This document shows, one piece after another, positions 57,162 to 64,000 of a stretch of 64,000 bases of DNA. The first letter of the stretch is position 1, and each line of letters opens with the position of its first letter. Under the pieces are notes generated by a model. It worked only from the letters and a program-made list of their open reading frames with translations. It was not told the DNA's origin and ran no database searches. The position numbers were made by a program, and so were the translations under genes. The DNA comes from an uncultured Methanomicrobiaceae archaeon (lineage in GTDB: Archaea; Halobacteriota; Methanomicrobia; Methanomicrobiales; Methanoculleaceae): the NCBI GenBank assembly GCA_963826525.1, contig CAWGXH010000003.1:603789-667788 (forward strand), written 5' to 3'.

Positions 57162-57180
57162 TTAGGTAAAACCAAACTAA
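57162..57180. promoter_or_regulatory. 19-bp operator-like box upstream of marR
   Basis: TTAGGTAAAACCAAACTAA, TTAG...CTAA dyad; near-identical copy at 57634. Confidence 0.65.
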
Positions 57181-57196
57181 TAAAGTATCGGTTACC

Positions 57197-57613
57197 ATGG
57201 CGAGAAAAGAGCATTTATGCGAAGTTTTTGAACGCCTGCTCACGATCAAAAACGAATGCTCTTGTCAGATCTTCTCCGAATGCGGACTCGCGGATATGAC
57301 GATGAAGCAGATCGACTATCTGAAGGTCATTGATGAAAACGGGGACGTAACGTTCAGCAGACTTGCCGAGATCACCAGAAACTCAAAACCCACGATCACG
57401 GAGATGGTCAACAGGTTTGTCCGGATGGAGTGTGCGTACAGGCAAAAGTCCCCCGACGACGGAAGAATCGTGTACATCCGCCTGACCGAGAAAGGGCAGA
57501 TGCTAGCACAGGCCGAACAGAATGCTTTGCGTAGGATGATCGAAAGGATGCCGAACTCATTGGATGAGAAAGAGATGGCTCTCCTTATTGAAATTCTGAA
57601 AAAGGTCGGATAA
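57197..57613 (+). CDS. MarR family transcriptional regulator
   Basis: T.KQ..YL..I, S.LA.....SKPTIT.MV, SPDDGR...I.LTEKG. Confidence 0.9.
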   Translation: MARKEHLCEVFERLLTIKNECSCQIFSECGLADMTMKQIDYLKVIDENGDVTFSRLAEITRNSKPTITEMVNRFVRMECAYRQKSPDDGRIVYIRLTEKGQMLAQAEQNALRRMIERMPNSLDEKEMALLIEILKKVG

Positions 57614-57633
57614 TTTTTTTGCTGACTGAAAAG

Positions 57634-57652
57634 TTAGGTAAAAACGAACTAA
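57634..57652. promoter_or_regulatory. Second 19-bp box between marR and lon
   Basis: TTAGGTAAAAACGAACTAA, 17/19 identical to the 57162 box, 3 nt before lon ATG. Confidence 0.65.
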
Positions 57653-57655
57653 TTA

Positions 57656-60053
<2,398 letters not shown>

Positions 60054-60166
60054 TCGCGATGTGATCCCGGACGGGGGGAGCATTCCCTCCCTCCGCTGAC
60101 CGGTTCGGCAGCGGCAAAGTCGCCCCTTCACCCGCTCTGGATTTTGGCGAAGAAGAGGTGGCCGGA

Positions 60167-61450
60167 TCAGGATACCGGCTTACCTGGTTCCGGCGGCGGA
60201 ACAAGCCGGTAGACGCGGCCGGTCTCCCCGGTCGGCCCCCGGTTCTCCGAGGTCAGGACATAGAGTTCACGCTCCGCGTCCTGCCCGAATGCGAGGATGT
60301 AGGCGCCGATGGTCCGGTTCTCCGTCCCGTTCACGGCCACCTCGACCTCCCCAAACTCCCACATCTCTTCGGTGCTGGTGTTCTCCGGCGGCGTTGCTAC
60401 GAAGATGATGCCGTCGCCGTCGGCACCCGCCCGGTTCCATTCGCCGAAGATGTAGCGCCCCCGAAATGCAGGGATCGCACTGCCGCGGTAGACGTATCCG
60501 CCGATAACGACCATGCCGATGCCGCCGGGCTGCTTGGCGTTCGGATACTCGATGATCGGGGCGATCAGGGGTTCACCGCGGAGGCCGGACTCGGGCACGT
60601 CTTCCGGTGACTGGTAGGGGTTCCTGGGGTCGAAGGCATGGTTGCCTTCCTTGAGGTTCCACCCATGATTGCCGCCCGCTTCGACGATCTTTACCGATTC
60701 CCAGAGGTACTGCCCGGCGTCGGCAGCAAACAGGCGGTTTTCGCCTCCGGCATCGAAGGCCGTGCGCCACGGATTGCGGAGGCCATAGGCGTAGATCTCA
60801 TCCCGCCCCTCTTTCCCGACAAACAGGTTGTCCTTCGGGATCCCGTAGGGCTCCTCGCCGTCGATATCGATCCTGAGGATGCTGCCGAGCAGCGTGGTGA
60901 TGTCCTGCCCGTTTCCTTCGGGCGGGTGACCTGTACCGACGTCGCGGCCACCGCCGCCGTCACCGAGCGGGATGTAGAGGTAGCCGTCAGGGCCAAAGGC
61001 GATCGAGCCGCCGTTGTGATTGAGCTGCGGCTGGTCGACCTCCAGGATCACCCGCTCGGAGTAGGGGTCCGCCCGGTTTTTGTCGTCTGCCCGGACGGTA
61101 AATTCCGCTATCCGGCTGGTGTGATCCCAGTCAGGAGGCGCCCCTTCTGCGAGCGGGGCGCTGTAGTAGACGAAGAACCTGCCGTTCTCCGTGAACTTCG
61201 GGTGGAACGCAAGGCCGAGCAGTCCGCGTTCATCGTATCCGCGGCGCAGCCTGACGATCCGGCCGGTGAGGTCTAGGAAGGGCTGGTCGAGCAGACGGCC
61301 GTCTCCGTCGATGATCCGGATGATGCCGACCTGATCCGCGACGAAGAGCCGCCCGCTCCCGTCGCCCGGGGATGCGAGCGCGACGGGCGCGGTGAATCCC
61401 CCGGCAACCGGCTCCAGACCCACCTGTCCCTGGATTGCCGTTTCGACTTT
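60167..61450 (-). CDS. PQQ-dependent glucose/sorbosone dehydrogenase-family beta-propeller (start uncertain)
   Basis: ERGLLGLAFHP, NHNGG...FGPDG.LY...GDGG, LLG.ILRID, AYGLRNPWR. Confidence 0.85.
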   Translation of the reverse strand, partial: KVETAIQGQVGLEPVAGGFTAPVALASPGDGSGRLFVADQVGIIRIIDGDGRLLDQPFLDLTGRIVRLRRGYDERGLLGLAFHPKFTENGRFFVYYSAPLAEGAPPDWDHTSRIAEFTVRADDKNRADPYSERVILEVDQPQLNHNGGSIAFGPDGYLYIPLGDGGGGRDVGTGHPPEGNGQDITTLLGSILRIDIDGEEPYGIPKDNLFVGKEGRDEIYAYGLRNPWRTAFDAGGENRLFAADAGQYLWESVKIVEAGGNHGWNLKEGNHAFDPRNPYQSPEDVPESGLRGEPLIAPIIEYPNAKQPGGIGMVVIGGYVYRGSAIPAFRGRYIFGEWNRAGADGDGIIFVATPPENTSTEEMWEFGEVEVAVNGTENRTIGAYILAFGQDAERELYVLTSENRGPTGETGRVYRLVPPPEPGKPVS

Positions 61451-61745
61451 TTCTCCTGATCGATGGTCTCGCCCCCGATCGGGGATGGATCGAGCGGAAG
61501 TACTTAAAAATACCTGGCCGGGCTGTGGCCGTGCTATCACGAACGGACTATCGTCTGCAGGGTGCTCTCGCGGGTGCGATGCAGGCGGCGGCTGAGCGAT
61601 CGCATGCTGCCGTTTAACCGGCTTTCCGGCCGGAGATGCCAGGCTTTAGAGGGCTAACCGCTGATGGGAAGAACGTGACCAAAAACCTGCAGAGCGGATC
61701 GTGTTTCGGAAAATACATTACAAACAAAACGAAGCATCTGGTGAT

Positions 61746-62093
61746 ATGCCTTTACCGGAAATAGGCTGTTGCGGTGCGTACTGCGGGACATGTCGGGCAA
61801 TGAAGGAACACCTCTGCAAAGGATGTACATTAGGATACGATACCGGAGAGCGGGATATCGGCAAGGCCAGATGCAGGATAAAGGTATGCTGTATTACAAA
61901 GGGGTATACTTCTTGCGCCGATTGTCCAGATCTCCTCACATGCCAGATAATTAACGAGTTCTACGGTAAAAAGGGGTATAAATACAAAAAGTATCAGGAG
62001 GCGACTCTGTTCATCAAACAGAATGGGTATCCTGCATTTCTCAAGATAGCCGATACCTGGACGAATGCCTATGGAAAATATAAGCGTGAGTAA
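61746..62093 (+). CDS. DUF3795-like Cys-rich protein
   Basis: CCGAYCGTC, CKGC, C.IK.CC, CADC..; visibly lower GC. Confidence 0.75.
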   Translation: MPLPEIGCCGAYCGTCRAMKEHLCKGCTLGYDTGERDIGKARCRIKVCCITKGYTSCADCPDLLTCQIINEFYGKKGYKYKKYQEATLFIKQNGYPAFLKIADTWTNAYGKYKRE

Positions 62094-62268
62094 CTTTGTT
62101 AATGCGTTCAACCCGCTCGTGCATTAGGATGAGCACGCCCGTATCGTCGAAGCCCCTGCCTCAATTCCCGATGCGAGAGCCTGATAGAACCCACAACCTT
62201 TGAATAGTCTCCCCTCCTTCCCCTTCATAGTGCGTGGCCGACGCCTGCCTTTTCGGAGTGATGCGTGA

Positions 62269-62427
62269 ATGACGCGAAAGATCATACGCTGCCCGATCTG
62301 CCGGAGTACCGATGTTTACTGGGATGCCCGCGGCCTGTATGCGACGCTGTACTACTGTCGACAGTGCGGGTACCAGGGAGCGTTCATTCTTGAGTGCGAT
62401 GAGGAAGATGACGATCAGCCGGGTTGA
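62269..62427 (+). CDS. 52-aa Zn-ribbon protein (below ORF-track cutoff)
   Basis: MTRKIIRCPICRSTDV...YYCRQCGYQGAFILE plus acidic tail; GGAGTGA RBS-like sequence upstream. Confidence 0.7.
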   Translation: MTRKIIRCPICRSTDVYWDARGLYATLYYCRQCGYQGAFILECDEEDDDQPG

Positions 62428-62448
62428 ATAGAAACGTCGCCTCTCCGG

Positions 62449-62623
62449 CTACCGTAGTGTATCATGAATCTGCCGGCTCTTTTGGCTGAGGCTCCGGATA
62501 CCCTCAAGGACCTTGCAGTCAACCGGTATCCGGAACGTCAAAGTCAAGCTTCACGAAATCCCCTTCAGCCTCGATGCAGTTCATATCCTCGATGAACTGG
62601 CGTTTCTTCTCCTGCTCCACCAT
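62449..62623 (-). pseudogene. Remnant of a second antitoxin/RelE pair
   Basis: Antitoxin-like tail (EKKRQFIEDMNCIEAEGDFV, 62519-62623) overlaps RelE-like N-terminus MTFRIPVDCKVLEGIRSLSQKSR* (62449-62541). Confidence 0.4.
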
Positions 62624-62639
62624 ATGCGAGAGGAGGTCT

Positions 62640-62897
62640 TTAGATAGTGTCGTAAATATTCTCTCGCTTCCCGACCTTGATGACGTACACAATCAGAGCC
62701 TTCTTTCGCAGGTCCAGGACGGCACGATAGTTGCCCACCCGCAACTTGAAGTAAGGAGACCCCTGCAGGTGCTGCAGGTGCTCGTGAGGATTGTCACGGA
62801 TCTTCTCGACCGCTGCGATGATCCTCGCAGCGGTTTCGCGGGGAAGTTGTTTCAGATTTTTGAGCGCCTTTTCAGTCCAGATCACCGTATAGGGCAT
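62640..62897 (-). CDS. relE: RelE/ParE family toxin
   Basis: Y.V.WT.KA.K.L..L, L.G..YFKLRVGNYR, V.KVGKR.NIY. Confidence 0.92.
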   Translation of the reverse strand: MPYTVIWTEKALKNLKQLPRETAARIIAAVEKIRDNPHEHLQHLQGSPYFKLRVGNYRAVLDLRKKALIVYVIKVGKRENIYDTI

Positions 62898-63140
62898 CTA
62901 ATCAATCCCGAGTTCTCTTTTCAGCTCATCCGTCGTATAGACTCTCCCGGCCTTGATATCCTGAATTGCTTCTTCGATGTCGCGGATATCCTCATCCGTC
63001 AGCTCCTCCGCAGCCTCCTCCAGGGCGTCCCGGGTGAGGCGCTCGATCACTTCGTTGTACGTCTCCCGGGGGTATTTTTTCAACGCATCCAGCCTCTGCT
63101 TTACGTCCGGAGTCACCTTGATTGTAGCTTCCACTGCCAT
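62898..63140 (-). CDS. RHH-type antitoxin cognate to RelE
   Basis: TIKV...VK.RL..LK.YPRETYNEVI.RL; acidic tail DIKAGRVYT.DEL..ELG; abuts relE. Confidence 0.85.
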   Translation of the reverse strand: MAVEATIKVTPDVKQRLDALKKYPRETYNEVIERLTRDALEEAAEELTDEDIRDIEEAIQDIKAGRVYTTDELKRELGID

Positions 63141-63406
63141 ACACCATAATACACCACAGGGTAACATCAATCTTTCCAGAATCCAATAGGCCAACCCGGA
63201 ATAGAGTGCCGGAACGACGTCGTGGAAGGTGTCCGGAAGTGTGCTGCTTTCGGGTTTTCGCCGGCAAGCTCAAACACCGCATCTCAAACTCCCTTTCATA
63301 TCTACGAAAGCGTTCATCGTGAGGTATCACCGAGAGGGTGACACCCGCACGGACATCATTTATCGCTCATCGGGTAATGTATGATCACGAGCAGGGGTGC
63401 GATGAG

Positions 63407-63640
63407 ATGAGGCATCTGCATTACCGTATCCTCCTCCGGAAAGAGCCGGAAGGCGGGTATACCGTCACCGTGCCGACGCTTCCCGGCTGCGTCACCTTCG
63501 GGGAGACCGTCGATGAAGCAATAACAATGGCACGGGAGGCCGTCGGGATCTATATTGAGGATCTCCGGGAGAAGGGCGAAGAGATTCCGAACGAGGAAGG
63601 ACTCTTGGAATACACCCTCACTGCCAAAGTCAGGGAATGA
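63407..63640 (+). CDS. hicB: HicB family antitoxin
   Basis: EPEGGY.V.VP.LPGC.TFGET..EA...AREA...YIE. Confidence 0.9.
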   Translation: MRHLHYRILLRKEPEGGYTVTVPTLPGCVTFGETVDEAITMAREAVGIYIEDLREKGEEIPNEEGLLEYTLTAKVRE

Positions 63641-63781
63641 ACGTCCAGTCTCCCTCCTTACTCCCGCAGACGTATGTTACTCCCTCCTAAGACCTCCCGC
63701 CGCCTACGCATGATCACCGGAGTGTCCGTACGGAGGTGTAAGTGTACACACACCGCAAACAGAAAGCGAGAGAAAGATAAA

Positions 63782-64000
63782 ATGACAAACGAACCGCGCA
63801 AAAACCGTATCCGGCGACGGCTCCCCATCACCGTCTCCCCGGAAGTCCACGAGTTTCTAAAAAACCGCGTCGGCAATGCCAGCAGATTCCTCGATGCGCT
63901 AACAAAGATGCTATTTCCCGAATACAGCCGCGATATTTTTTCTTTCGCAAAAACGGATGGACCGAGGGCAATTGAACCCGCGGCCTCTTCCATGCCAAGG
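63782..64000 (+). mobile_element. RHH-like ORF running into an antisense tRNA sequence (putative SSV-type integrase N-fragment); runs off window
   Basis: MTNEPRKNRIRRRLPITVSPEVHEFLKNRVGNASRFLD...GPRAIEPAASSMPR; last residues encoded by antisense tRNA-Ala sequence. Confidence 0.45.
63958..64000 (-). tRNA. 3' half of tRNA-Ala(GGC), degenerate T-stem (att-like copy or error-laden tRNA); partial
   Basis: Reverse complement CCTTGGCATGGAAGAGGCCGCGGGTTCAATTGCCCTCGGTCCA: GGC anticodon loop, GGTTCAA T-loop, ...TCCA end, but 3' T-stem does not pair. Confidence 0.6.

Overview
GC-rich archaeal chromosome segment, most likely from a Methanomicrobiales methanogen (Methanoculleus-like). The evidence is an F420-dependent secondary alcohol dehydrogenase (adf), DUF1894, archaeal pyrH, three Isf-type flavoproteins and lineage-typical PAS/histidine-kinase expansions. 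It contains about 50 genes, one intact tRNA-Pro(TGG), and at the right edge a degenerate tRNA-Ala(GGC) 3' half next to a toxin-antitoxin cluster, probably the end of an integrated element. About 30 genes or gene junctions are broken by single-base frameshifts, nearly all +1, which I read as sequencing/assembly error; genes are given as reconstructed spans. The most interesting signals are: (1) a Zn-ribbon/PP-loop/Fe-S 'PAPS-reductase-like' domain fused to a SufS cysteine desulfurase and lacking the ECG(L/I)H motif, a candidate self-contained sulfur-insertase; (2) two PAS proteins ending in a His-bearing DHp with no kinase domain, plus a kinase with an intact ATPase domain but no phosphoacceptor His, a possible split or pseudo-kinase network; (3) an NCS2 transporter with altered substrate residues fused to an RsbW-like domain; (4) an adf-cupin module with repeated operator-like motifs beside a wHTH-PAS regulator; (5) a marR-lonA unit with twin 19-bp boxes; (6) an SSV-type int(N)/att-like junction. 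All family calls come from motif recognition by eye; no database searches were run.
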